From: Candidatus Omnitrophota bacterium | GTDB taxonomy: Bacteria > Omnitrophota > Gorgyraeia > Duberdicusellales > 4484-171 | Reading direction: 5' to 3' | Assembly (NCBI GenBank): GCA_037146775.1 | Contig: JBAWWL010000001.1 | Location: 325,464-389,463, forward strand | Length of the DNA: 64,000 bases | Shown: positions 19,759 to 28,607 of the stretch, in pieces | How the letters are laid out: each line of letters begins with the position of its first letter | How positions within the stretch are numbered: position 1 is the first letter of the stretch | Notes under the pieces: generated by a model | Told to the model about the DNA's origin: nothing | The model's database searches: none | What the model saw: only the letters and a program-made list of their open reading frames with translations | Translations under genes and position numbers: made by a program

Positions 19759-19825
19759 CTTTTTTTATATTTATAAATGGCGTGATGGCGTTAATAATTT
19801 TGCACCTTTTTTACACCTTTAGAGC

Positions 19826-19846
19826 GGGTGGTATTTGGGTATAAAG
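19826..19846 (+). promoter_or_regulatory. conserved element-specific promoter/operator motif GGGTGGTATTTGGGTATAAAG
   Basis: lies about 33 nt upstream of the ATG at 19879; the same motif recurs upstream of three minus-strand operons. Confidence 0.45.
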
Positions 19847-19878
19847 TTTTTATATGTCGCCGTCACTACTCCTTAGTC

Positions 19879-20067
19879 ATGGATGAAAGAAAATATTTAC
19901 GCAAAGCCAAAAGGGAAGGATTTGCCACAATAGAAGACTACATCAAAGCCAACCTGCATTATTTGCCAAAAGAAAAAAGAGAACTATTCTGCAACCTAAC
20001 AGGATACAAACCCCAACAACCCAACGAAAACAAAAATTACGGAGGCGAATACAATGGCAAAAATTAA
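19879..20067 (+). CDS. small hypothetical protein (63 aa from the internal ATG; the ORF track starts at GTG 19828 inside the motif)
   Basis: ORF with protein-like composition. Confidence 0.25.
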   Translation: MDERKYLRKAKREGFATIEDYIKANLHYLPKEKRELFCNLTGYKPQQPNENKNYGGEYNGKN

Positions 20068-20203
20068 CATCAGCCTCCGAATCAAACCAGCCCACCACAA
20101 CGCAATCAAACAAGAAATAAAAAAAGGAAAAACACTCACAAGCGTATTCGAAGAAATGCTAGACGAACGATTCCCAGTAACCTCACAACTAATCAGAAAT
20201 TAA
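20054..20203 (+). CDS. small hypothetical protein, 49 aa (below the ORF-track cut-off)
   Basis: ATG preceded by GGAGG at -9; 'MAKINISLRIKPAHHNAIKQEIKKGKTLTSVFEEMLDERF...'. Confidence 0.3.
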   Translation: MAKINISLRIKPAHHNAIKQEIKKGKTLTSVFEEMLDERFPVTSQLIRN

Positions 20204-20256
20204 AGGGGCGGTAGGGGGGCAAAACTATTTATAGCTAAACAATATTAGTAGTCGCT

Positions 20257-20709
20257 ATGAAATGGGTGTGCATATCTTGGGGGTTACTTGTCTTATCTTT
20301 TATGTCCTTTGTGATTAGTGGTTGTTCTTCATCACAGAATTCTTCAGTGTTTTCTAATTCCAGCGGCGTATTAGGATGCACCCAATTCAAAGTTATTGGA
20401 GAGCATAAATATAAGGGTTCAGTTCGTATCGATATAGATTTTTATAACAATTGTTCTAAAAATGTGAGCATATACCTCTTTGATGTGATAGACCAAGAAA
20501 ACAATGTATATAGCTTAAATCATCAAACTTGGGTTTCAGCTGTTAACTGTTTTCCGACAATACTTAATCCAAACCAACATGCAATAGGTCATTTTGGGAC
20601 TTTCTCTAACGAAAGCATATACAGTACAACTGTATCGCTAAACAAATGGTATGTATCATACGATGGAAAAGAAGAAGATTGTTGGCAGATTTATAAAAGG
20701 TTAGGATGA
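20257..20709 (+). CDS. putative lipoprotein, 150 aa
   Basis: signal peptide plus lipobox 'VISGC'. Confidence 0.55.
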   Translation: MKWVCISWGLLVLSFMSFVISGCSSSQNSSVFSNSSGVLGCTQFKVIGEHKYKGSVRIDIDFYNNCSKNVSIYLFDVIDQENNVYSLNHQTWVSAVNCFPTILNPNQHAIGHFGTFSNESIYSTTVSLNKWYVSYDGKEEDCWQIYKRLG

Positions 20710-21065
20710 AAACTTTAACGATATTGTTACTATCAGTATTTTTCTTGTTCTTAGTTATGGGATGTTTCAAAGAGCCTTCATCCGTAGCAACTAAGTGTTT
20801 AGATGGTTGGGGTGAAGATTCCTTTTTTTCCAATACTGATAAAAGTGTCAACAATTCTCCGTGGACTAGTTTTAGCCCGCCTGCCGCTGTAATTGAAAGG
20901 CGTGTGGCATATTTAAAATACTCATGTGATGAGCCCACAAAATATTTTGTTAAAACCAATGACAGTTTTAACAATGTTTCACTTGAAGACTTAAGAAATT
21001 ATGTCAAAGCCTATAATTCTTCGTGCGACGGCTGCTTAGAAGTGTATATCTCTGGGTGTTGTTGA
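20706..21065 (+). CDS. putative lipoprotein, 119 aa
   Basis: signal peptide plus lipobox 'LVMGC'; 4-nt overlap with the upstream gene. Confidence 0.5.
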   Translation: MKTLTILLLSVFFLFLVMGCFKEPSSVATKCLDGWGEDSFFSNTDKSVNNSPWTSFSPPAAVIERRVAYLKYSCDEPTKYFVKTNDSFNNVSLEDLRNYVKAYNSSCDGCLEVYISGCC

Positions 21066-21087
21066 TGTGTCTTTGGTGATTTAGTTT

Positions 21088-21327
21088 ATGGTACAAATAA
21101 TATTAATGCTTGGAGGATTATTGTCCCTGGCTATTGGCGTATATTTAATCTATTTGAGAGAAAATGCCTTAATCTTTGTGGGTTTCAAAAAGAATAGTAT
21201 TCTTCTCAAACACCCTCTTGGTAAATTTATGGCATGGTATGTCTTGTTGAGCATATTAATTTCTCTATTAACTGGGGGAGTAGTGCTTATACTAAAATCA
21301 ATAGGGTTTTTCCAAGTTTTTCCGTAA
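21088..21327 (+). CDS. small membrane protein with two predicted TM helices
   Basis: two hydrophobic stretches, one at each end of the 79-aa product. Confidence 0.4.
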   Translation: MVQIILMLGGLLSLAIGVYLIYLRENALIFVGFKKNSILLKHPLGKFMAWYVLLSILISLLTGGVVLILKSIGFFQVFP

Positions 21328-22638
21328 TTAGGGTGTTTGTGTGGCTTTTTGTTTTTGGTCTACAAGCGCCATCATTTCCAGCATCATTTGTTTTTTCATG
21401 GAAGCAAACTGGTCATTGAGGAATTGCACTTGTTGTTGCAGATGCTGAATCTCTACATCTTTTTGCTTAGCCTCCTCAACAATAACCTGCCTATCCAAAG
21501 GACGCTTACAGTTTTGGCAAACCGTTTCGTCAAAACCCGCTGCCGTATTACAAAAAGCACAAGTCCTAGTGCCTAAACCCTCTTGGCCTTTAGAATCACC
21601 AGCCAAAAGTCCTCGCCTTTGCAATTCCTTCTTAAAAGCCTCATCCTGACTTGAGAGGTCATAGGTTTTTAGCTGGCTTGTGCTCGTCCATCTTGCCGCG
21701 TGTTGGATTTCCATGTCGCTTTCGCCCCTAAGCCTCCTAATCGTAACACCATTACGTTTGAGGCTGTAGCACGTCACGGGCTTAATGATCCCCAGATTCT
21801 TACAAGCAGTCCGAATAAACTTGTTAACGTTATTTGGCTTGAGCTGCTTCAACGCGTTAGTCGTCCCAATATTTACGAAAAGAAACGACTGCTTGTTGGC
21901 CTTGTTTGGGTGAATGCTCAGCCACTTTGCAAGGTAAGGGAAGCTGTCAATACACTGAATAAGGCCAGTTCCTTCCTTGCCATGCTCGCTAATGTAAATC
22001 TTGGCATAATTATCAAACAACTTAACATCCTCAAGCTTCACATAAAGAAGTTCTTGCGGCCTTGCCAAACTCTCAAGCGACAAAGTGAGGAAGGCTTGAA
22101 TCCTTGGGTCTTTACCAAAATAGCCAACGAGGCTTTCAAACTCTTCATGGCTGAACTTGTCCTTTCGCATCTTCTGCCGGCTCTTATCAATCTTTGGTGA
22201 GATGTGGCGCACAGCGTAAGGCACAAGCGTTCCGTCCGGCCTGCCCTTTTCGTCTTTTTCCGGAAACAAAACTTTCCAAACAAGCTTAAGCTCCCTGATA
22301 AAAGTCTCTTTGCTCTGGGGAGTATTATAGACTTGGTGCATTGCCGCCATCAAAGCATCCATATCATCCCTGTCGCACTCCGCAAAATCTTTAACAAAAA
22401 AGTTGCCCGCAAACTTCACACACTGAATAATCCGAAGCCTCCTAATAAAAGACAAATCCCTAGCCCCAAAATGATTAAACAACTTCAAATAATATTCTAG
22501 GTTTGGCTTATGCTTGCAAACATACTTAGAACGCCCATCATTGCCAGCGCAAGCAATGATGTTTCTAAAATCTGCCACAAAATGTTCATACCTTTTTTTG
22601 TTCCCATAAATATCGTCCTCTGCCATCTTACACACCAT
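21328..22638 (-). CDS. tyrosine site-specific recombinase/integrase with a C-terminal zinc-ribbon and coiled-coil extension
   Basis: box I 'LESLARPQELLYVKLEDV', box II 'HAARWTSTSQLKTY' (HxxR...Y); 'CAFCNTAAGFDETVCQNCKRP' zinc ribbon. Confidence 0.8.
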   Translation of the reverse strand: MVCKMAEDDIYGNKKRYEHFVADFRNIIACAGNDGRSKYVCKHKPNLEYYLKLFNHFGARDLSFIRRLRIIQCVKFAGNFFVKDFAECDRDDMDALMAAMHQVYNTPQSKETFIRELKLVWKVLFPEKDEKGRPDGTLVPYAVRHISPKIDKSRQKMRKDKFSHEEFESLVGYFGKDPRIQAFLTLSLESLARPQELLYVKLEDVKLFDNYAKIYISEHGKEGTGLIQCIDSFPYLAKWLSIHPNKANKQSFLFVNIGTTNALKQLKPNNVNKFIRTACKNLGIIKPVTCYSLKRNGVTIRRLRGESDMEIQHAARWTSTSQLKTYDLSSQDEAFKKELQRRGLLAGDSKGQEGLGTRTCAFCNTAAGFDETVCQNCKRPLDRQVIVEEAKQKDVEIQHLQQQVQFLNDQFASMKKQMMLEMMALVDQKQKATQTP

Positions 22639-22690
22639 CCAGACGACACCACACTATATATAGATTGTATTACGCAACAAACCAAGAAAG

Positions 22691-22845
22691 CAATGCGGTA
22701 ACCCCGCATCCAACCGCCAACAATTGGCTGCACAAAAAAATAAGCGCACCCAACCCAAAGTATCATGCGGCCAAAATGCATCCAACCGCCCCCTGATTTC
22801 CTGCGTCAAACAAGCTGACGCATTGAACCCCAGGTATTATGCGGA
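22691..22845. repeat. imperfect ~72-bp tandem repeats upstream of the integrase start (candidate arm-type or att sites)
   Basis: 'gcatccaaccgcc' at 22706 and 22778; '(t)at(c/t)atgcgg' at 22693, 22763 and 22837. Confidence 0.4.
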
Positions 22846-22921
22846 GAGAAGGCACAGCGCTTCCAGTAGCTTGCGAATTGCCTTTTTTGTCGTCTATTTG
22901 TCTATAAAGGGGAGGGAGTAT

Positions 22922-23350
22922 TTAAACTTTTTGGTAGGTTGCGTCATGTGCGTTGTTGATTATTTTTTCTGCCTTTTCTAAGAGGTAGTCTGTGTATAGT
23001 TTTTGGTCTGCCATTTTCCCACTTATCAGTATTTGGATGTCTGTTTTTAGTGTTAGCGCGTCGAGCTGGTCGTTGAGTGCTTTTTGAGTAAGCTTTAGGA
23101 TGTTTGCCTGAAGCATTACGTTTTCTTTTGCCCGCTTGTATTCCTTCCTGTCTTTTTTGCTTGTCTTTGCGTAATCTTGGAGGTGGCTAGATAGGTAGTC
23201 TGTTTCTTTTTTGACCAGTTCTGAGTAGTATTCTGCCCTGTAGATGTCTGTTGCAGTCGCCATGTGATTTCTGCTGAACTCGTCAATGTTATCCCTTTGC
23301 TGAACATTGCGTTCCTTCATTTCCTTAAGCAACGAATTAATATTTCTCAT
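22922..23350 (-). CDS. hypothetical coiled-coil protein, 142 aa
   Basis: ORF with the promoter-like motif at 23384..23404 upstream. Confidence 0.4.
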   Translation of the reverse strand: MRNINSLLKEMKERNVQQRDNIDEFSRNHMATATDIYRAEYYSELVKKETDYLSSHLQDYAKTSKKDRKEYKRAKENVMLQANILKLTQKALNDQLDALTLKTDIQILISGKMADQKLYTDYLLEKAEKIINNAHDATYQKV

Positions 23351-23383
23351 AAAAGAAAAAAACTAAAAAAACAAGAATAAAAA

Positions 23384-23404
23384 CTTTACACCCAAATAAC
23401 ACCC
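23384..23404 (-). promoter_or_regulatory. conserved motif copy (minus strand reads GGGTGTTATTTGGGTGTAAAG)
   Basis: lies 34 nt upstream of the minus-strand start at 23350. Confidence 0.45.
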
Positions 23405-23606
23405 TCACCTCGGGCACTGACTGAGTGTTTTCTGGTAGCTTATGCCATCGAGAGCGTCGCAATAATCCTCTCGGTAGTTTTCGTTGATTTGTGGCATAAA
23501 AAGCAGGAAGTCGCAATTGATAAGAATATTCTTGTTCAATAAAAGGATTTATATACAACTTCTTCCTTAAAGACTACAAATCATAAAGGAGTAAGAACGA
23601 ATAAAG

Positions 23607-25904
23607 ATGCGGCAAGCAAAGGTAACGGTTCAAGTCTTAATATTTCTGGTAATTGCTTCAGCAGCCCAGGCAACATCCGGAGCATTAAGTCCCCTATCTA
23701 ACCAAGAAGGGTTGTTCAGTCTTAGCAACGGTAATTCTTTCAATATCAAGGCAACAGGGCTGAACGGCGACACCTGTGTCTATGAAATAACCTACAGTGG
23801 ATATGTTAAAGAGACTGGTAATCTTGATGTTGGTTGCTCTTACATTTACAAGTATCCGGGAAGCAAGGCGATATTGACTCATAAAGGATTCAATTACCAA
23901 ACAAGCAAGTGCGAATTCACTCTTTTCGAATATACCGGAAGTGCATCACAATGGTCGACTGTATGCAATGAGGACTGTTCAAGCTGCTCAAGCACATGCC
24001 CCTGTACGGGCGGAGCAGTAGTGGACTGCAACGAATGCGAATACACAGGATATGACTGCACAGGAAACACTCTTTACTACTGTACAAGCCAGGGAAACTG
24101 CATTGTGAGGGAATTGGTTGATGTCTGCGGAGAAAACGAAGTCTGTGACCCCACAGATGGAATCTGTGAAGGAGTAGGAACACCCTGCCCTTATGAATGC
24201 TGCAAATACACAAACGCATATCTAGACAAGAACTGTCCCACTGGATACGCCTGCTCAAATTATCAATGCATACAACAGTGCACCAATAATGCTGAGCAGA
24301 AATGTTTTAACGGTAATGTCTATTGGTATGACAGCTGCGGCAACAAAGGAAACCTCTATGACACCTGCGGCTCAGAAGAAACTTGCAACAACGGATATTG
24401 CAGTTCTACCAGGACTACCTGTCCTTACGGATGCTGTGATAGTGACGATAGATATTTTGACAAAAGCTGCTCTTCAGGATATGAATGCAAATCTCAATCT
24501 TGCGAAAAGATATGTACCAGCAAGTACTCCACCAAATGCTACAACAACGATGTTTACTACTATGACAGCTGCGGAAGCAAAGAGACAATAAAGTACGATT
24601 GTAAGATCGATGAGAAATGCAACGGCAATTATTGTGTATCCACAAAATCTGCCTGTCCTCATGAATGCTGTATAGGCAATCAGAATTATTTTGATAAATC
24701 ATGTCCTGGCAAGGACAATTGCGAAAACAACAAGTGCATCGAACATAAAGGCGCTTGTCCTTACGGATGCTGTGACATATTTTCCGAATATGAAGAGAAG
24801 ACCTGTGAAGCGGGTTTTTCCTGCCTTGCAAATAAATGCGAGCAAATGAGTCCTGACAGTATTGAACTTCACAGCAAAATTAAACCTCACGATTCTTTGC
24901 TTTTGACCTTGTTAGACGGGCTTACTGGAAGGGACTATTCCGAACAAAAGTTCAACACTAACCTAAGAAAAGTGTATGAATACGTAAGCAGCATACCTTA
25001 CAGATACGATGACGAAAACAGCGCGGGCTGTATAAAGGGGAGCAAAGATTGCGGAGATGGAAGGCCTGGAATAGATTATTCTCAAGAACCCAAAGAGACT
25101 ATCTCAGAAAACATGGGAGACTGTGAAGACCACGCAATATTATTACAGAGCATGAACGAAGCATTATTCTACAAAACATATGGAACGATTCCTAAAGGCA
25201 GACTCTACCTAGTGTGTGGATGTATAGACTTCAATAATGACGGAGAAGAAGAAGGATGCCACTGCTGGAACATAATTCTGGATGATGACCCCTTATCAAG
25301 CTCAGGTAATACTAATAACCAAGCAATTACACGAGAAGTCCTGGTCGGCGACGTAGGCATCGGAGATATAAAATCAAATCCCCGTAAGATTACTGTGGAA
25401 ATCAAGCCTTATGTTAGCGGCGAGACGGATAAATCAATGACCAGGCAAGCTGTGTTATGGAATAACAAAAAATGGAATGAACTGGAATCAACATGGAAAA
25501 ACCCTTTTGATTTTTATGTTAACCTAAAATATCCCTTTAGCGAGGTATGGTACGTAGCGACAAGTGAAGAATTTTATTACGCACCAGATTTCACGAAAAT
25601 AGGCTGCGAATATGAACAAAGGTTACTATGGTACCTAGGATTAGACAACCTATGCCCTGCTGAAAAAAGCGCATCACCAGGCACAAAAGAAACAGCACCT
25701 CAACCAGAAACTAAAGCAATACAGCCAGAAACTACCAAAGTAACCTGGTGGAAAAAAGTATTAGAAGGCGACACAGAAAATAAAGACAATACCTCTGGGC
25801 AGCCAAAGCAAGAGCAGAAGGCAGATGGAACAAACGAAGCACCTCCACAACAAAAGCCATCCAAAGAAAAGACTTGGTGGAAACCCTGGACATGGCGCTG
25901 GTAA
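23607..25904 (+). CDS. secreted cysteine-rich repeat protein, 765 aa, with C-terminal transglutaminase-like cysteine-protease domain and Trp-rich tail
   Basis: signal peptide; at least four 'CPYGCC...D..C..GY.C....C' modules alternating with 'C...VY.YDSCG...' modules; 'GDCEDHAILL' and 'GCHCWNIILDDD' match the transglutaminase Cys and His-Asp motifs; C-terminal 'WWKPWTWRW'. Confidence 0.7.
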   Translation: MRQAKVTVQVLIFLVIASAAQATSGALSPLSNQEGLFSLSNGNSFNIKATGLNGDTCVYEITYSGYVKETGNLDVGCSYIYKYPGSKAILTHKGFNYQTSKCEFTLFEYTGSASQWSTVCNEDCSSCSSTCPCTGGAVVDCNECEYTGYDCTGNTLYYCTSQGNCIVRELVDVCGENEVCDPTDGICEGVGTPCPYECCKYTNAYLDKNCPTGYACSNYQCIQQCTNNAEQKCFNGNVYWYDSCGNKGNLYDTCGSEETCNNGYCSSTRTTCPYGCCDSDDRYFDKSCSSGYECKSQSCEKICTSKYSTKCYNNDVYYYDSCGSKETIKYDCKIDEKCNGNYCVSTKSACPHECCIGNQNYFDKSCPGKDNCENNKCIEHKGACPYGCCDIFSEYEEKTCEAGFSCLANKCEQMSPDSIELHSKIKPHDSLLLTLLDGLTGRDYSEQKFNTNLRKVYEYVSSIPYRYDDENSAGCIKGSKDCGDGRPGIDYSQEPKETISENMGDCEDHAILLQSMNEALFYKTYGTIPKGRLYLVCGCIDFNNDGEEEGCHCWNIILDDDPLSSSGNTNNQAITREVLVGDVGIGDIKSNPRKITVEIKPYVSGETDKSMTRQAVLWNNKKWNELESTWKNPFDFYVNLKYPFSEVWYVATSEEFYYAPDFTKIGCEYEQRLLWYLGLDNLCPAEKSASPGTKETAPQPETKAIQPETTKVTWWKKVLEGDTENKDNTSGQPKQEQKADGTNEAPPQQKPSKEKTWWKPWTWRW

Positions 25905-25954
25905 ATCCAAAACCTTAAATAGAACACATGTGAATCAAACTTCCTCTAGGAAAG

Positions 25955-26812
25955 ATGGTAATAATAAACTATTGCACCAAATGTGGAAAGAAACTATCGA
26001 AAGAATATGATTTCTGTCCAGAATGCGGGAACCGTATTATTAACATAAAGAAAAAAGAAATATTAGTAACAACTCAGAAACAAACAGAATCATCTAATAA
26101 ATCTATTTGGTGGATAATTATCTTAATCGCAGTATTAATAATATTTGTGATTGTATCGATAGTATGCTTTTTAGTACCATTTAGTTATAGCTCAACAGAG
26201 GCATATTACGAAAAGGAACCATCTGCGTTACAAGAACAATATACTGAAAGTGTAATAAAATATCGACAAGTTCAGTCTGGTTATGATGAGAGTATCAGAC
26301 CTTTAGTAGACGAAGAGGGAAGTTATTATTCTCTCTTATCGCCAGGATTTAATGTGTGTACAGGTTGTTATGTCTCACTTACTATAGAAGCAAATTATCC
26401 TAAAGTTCCATTTAGATACATCATATCAGACCAATTTTTTGAGTGTAATAAAATATTCAGCGGAGAAGATGTTCCCAATGATGTCCAAAATATTGACCTC
26501 AGTCTTGGCACTCTTGATGTGGAGGATAGGGAAATTGGCCCAATCAATACAGATTCAACATTGTGTTTTGCAATTAGCGCAGTTGGTCCTCCAGGAAACA
26601 ACAACCAAAACATATACTCAAAGATTCAAATCAACCAAATAAGAAAGACTCCAATTATGATTTCTGAACCATATGAAACATCTGAGATTAGGAATAGGAC
26701 AGTAACCAACTATAAGGATGTAAAGAAAGAAAGGAATGTTACCAAATATGCTTCGATCTATAAGATTTGGACTAAACAGGTAGATTTCTATTATGTTCTA
26801 GGTCAAGAATGA
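25955..26812 (+). CDS. zinc-ribbon membrane protein, 285 aa
   Basis: N-terminal 'CTKCG...CPECG' zinc ribbon, one TM helix, then an extracytoplasmic domain. Confidence 0.5.
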   Translation: MVIINYCTKCGKKLSKEYDFCPECGNRIINIKKKEILVTTQKQTESSNKSIWWIIILIAVLIIFVIVSIVCFLVPFSYSSTEAYYEKEPSALQEQYTESVIKYRQVQSGYDESIRPLVDEEGSYYSLLSPGFNVCTGCYVSLTIEANYPKVPFRYIISDQFFECNKIFSGEDVPNDVQNIDLSLGTLDVEDREIGPINTDSTLCFAISAVGPPGNNNQNIYSKIQINQIRKTPIMISEPYETSEIRNRTVTNYKDVKKERNVTKYASIYKIWTKQVDFYYVLGQE

Positions 26813-26923
26813 GTAAAATAACTTGGATCATAATGGTTACTTTTTCAATTGTGCAAAAATGTAAGAAATAGTTTTTGCTTAGAAAGAAATCAAAAAAAAG
26901 AATCATATACCCATAAGCCGCCC

Positions 26924-27094
26924 TTATTTTGGGTAGTCTTTGAGCACTTTTTGGTATGAGAGGTCGCTTAGGGCGTAGTAGCTGTCTTTTTCGGTCTCAA
27001 TCATGTGGCCGAGCAAATACTTGATCTCGTTCACATCCTGACTAATTTTCAGCACTGCCTTCCTGCAACGCTCCTCAAGCGTTTCTTCAGCCAT
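26924..27094 (-). CDS. small hypothetical protein, 56 aa (coordinates approximate to within 1 nt)
   Basis: start overlaps the stop of the upstream small ORF, suggesting translational coupling; below the ORF-track cut-off. Confidence 0.25.
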   Translation of the reverse strand: MAEETLEERCRKAVLKISQDVNEIKYLLGHMIETEKDSYYALSDLSYQKVLKDYPK

Positions 27095-27096
27095 TC

Positions 27097-27282
27097 TCAG
27101 CCACCTTTTGAAAGGATGGCATCCATGTAGTGCCTGTGCATAATGTCAGTCCTGATGCTTTCTATGATGAGCCACTGACCATCTCTGCTCAGACGAATCT
27201 TTCTACTCAGCTTCGGCTGCTTTTCCTCAAAAACTTTCACTTCATTACTTACTTTTTCTTTTGCCATTTTCTGTTTCTCCAT
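27097..27282 (-). CDS. small hypothetical protein, 61 aa
   Basis: RBS-like AAGAGG upstream; part of a run of small minus-strand ORFs. Confidence 0.3.
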   Translation of the reverse strand: MEKQKMAKEKVSNEVKVFEEKQPKLSRKIRLSRDGQWLIIESIRTDIMHRHYMDAILSKGG

Positions 27283-27321
27283 CTATCATTTACCTCTTGT
27301 GTATGAGTGGGAGGGGGGCAT

Positions 27322-27522
27322 TTACTGCCGCCCCGTCCTGAATTGACAGCTTTCGCATTTCGAAGGGTCTTTGCATGCCTGACAAATAGCCTTTGCGTCA
27401 AGATGCTTCGGTAATTCCTTAAAGCACCAATCAAGCGCAAAAGTCATCGGCTTGCCAAGATGCCACGCAATCCTTCGCAGCGAGCAACTGTTTTCGTAGC
27501 TTAGCTCCGGGGTATAAGCCAT
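27322..27522 (-). CDS. small Cys-rich protein, 66 aa
   Basis: GAAAGGAG RBS 6 nt upstream; 'CQACKDPSKCESCQ' cluster. Confidence 0.35.
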   Translation of the reverse strand: MAYTPELSYENSCSLRRIAWHLGKPMTFALDWCFKELPKHLDAKAICQACKDPSKCESCQFRTGRQ

Positions 27523-27683
27523 TGATTCTCCTTTCTTTGATTTGACATTTCTGCCAAAAGCTTCCGCCCCTTACTGCTGTCAAAAGCCACGAACTCTAGA
27601 CACTTCTCAGGAATCGCTTTTCGAAACTCCCTCAGCCTAAAATCCACAGTGAAGCCTTTGAAGACAAGCAGCTTCGTAACCAT
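27501..27683 (-). CDS. small hypothetical protein, 60 aa
   Basis: AAAGGAGG RBS 8 nt upstream of the ATG. Confidence 0.35.
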   Translation of the reverse strand: MVTKLLVFKGFTVDFRLREFRKAIPEKCLEFVAFDSSKGRKLLAEMSNQRKENQWLIPRS

Positions 27684-27789
27684 AGCTAAACCTCCTTTCG
27701 TTAAAAAAAACCTATTCAGAAGTAGTAGCGAACAGAAATAAAAGGTTTACACCCCTTTTAATCCTAAGTGATGGGTGGTATTTGAGTGG

Positions 27790-28209
27790 TTAGTAGATGA
27801 GCTTATATTTTTTGTAAGGTTCTATTATTTTTATTGAGATGTACTCTTTGTTCTTAAGTTCTGGGTGTTGATTGAAAAATGATTTCATCGCAATTTTTAA
27901 TGAGGCTACGTGTTTTACCTCATCTTGGCCGTCTATGTTTAATATGAATTCTTGGCGGTCAGGGGGGAAGTATTTTCTGTCTTTAGTGCTTAATGTGGAT
28001 ACTCCCCAGTTGAAACATGTATCCACCAGTTTGACCTTTATTGATCCTGCGGAAAGAATTGGCATGTCTTCATTAATTTTGAAAGGTTTTCTAGGTTCAA
28101 ATTCTATTTCATCATTTTCTTGATATCCTAAGTAATCCATTAATTGTTTGTTGAAGGGTATGTAGTATTCCTGATTTATTTTTACGATGGTTGATATTAT
28201 TTTTCTCAT
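27790..28209 (-). CDS. hypothetical protein, 139 aa from the ATG (the ORF track begins at a TTG at 28236)
   Basis: ORF with balanced composition; an 18-bp perfect palindrome sits just upstream. Confidence 0.45.
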   Translation of the reverse strand: MRKIISTIVKINQEYYIPFNKQLMDYLGYQENDEIEFEPRKPFKINEDMPILSAGSIKVKLVDTCFNWGVSTLSTKDRKYFPPDRQEFILNIDGQDEVKHVASLKIAMKSFFNQHPELKNKEYISIKIIEPYKKYKLIY

Positions 28210-28340
28210 GTTATGCACCCCACATTGTTTAAACAATGTTTTAACAATGAGAAACCATTGCTAGTATAAAAATGTTTCTTTTTTTAAGAAAGTCGGGCCT
28301 TTTTTTAAGTCGTGCCCGGGACTTTTGTGGCGGCGGATTT

Positions 28341-28592
28341 TTAGTCAGTGTTGTATGCTTCAAGGACTCTTCCGCTCAATTCCTGCTTTGCTTCTTCGGA
28401 GAGGAGACTTACGGTTTCGTACCATCTGCCTTCTTTTCCTTTTTGCTTTGGCATGGAAACAAACAGGGAATCATCCTTTGCCGAAACGACTCTGACACCT
28501 TTTATCAGCACTTCTCCGCCAACAATTACGTCGGCAAATGCCTTAAGGTTTGAGCCGTTATCCATTCGATATAGCCTTGCAACTTCCAACAT
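28341..28592 (-). CDS. spoVG: SpoVG-family protein
   Basis: aligns with SpoVG along its length: 'MLEVARLYRM...LKAFADVIVGGEVLIKGVRVVSAKDDSLFVSMPKQKGKEGRWYETVSLLSEEAKQELSGRVLEAY' (GTG alternative start at 28601). Confidence 0.7.
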   Translation of the reverse strand: MLEVARLYRMDNGSNLKAFADVIVGGEVLIKGVRVVSAKDDSLFVSMPKQKGKEGRWYETVSLLSEEAKQELSGRVLEAYNTD

Positions 28593-28607
28593 ACCAACCA
28601 CCCCCTT

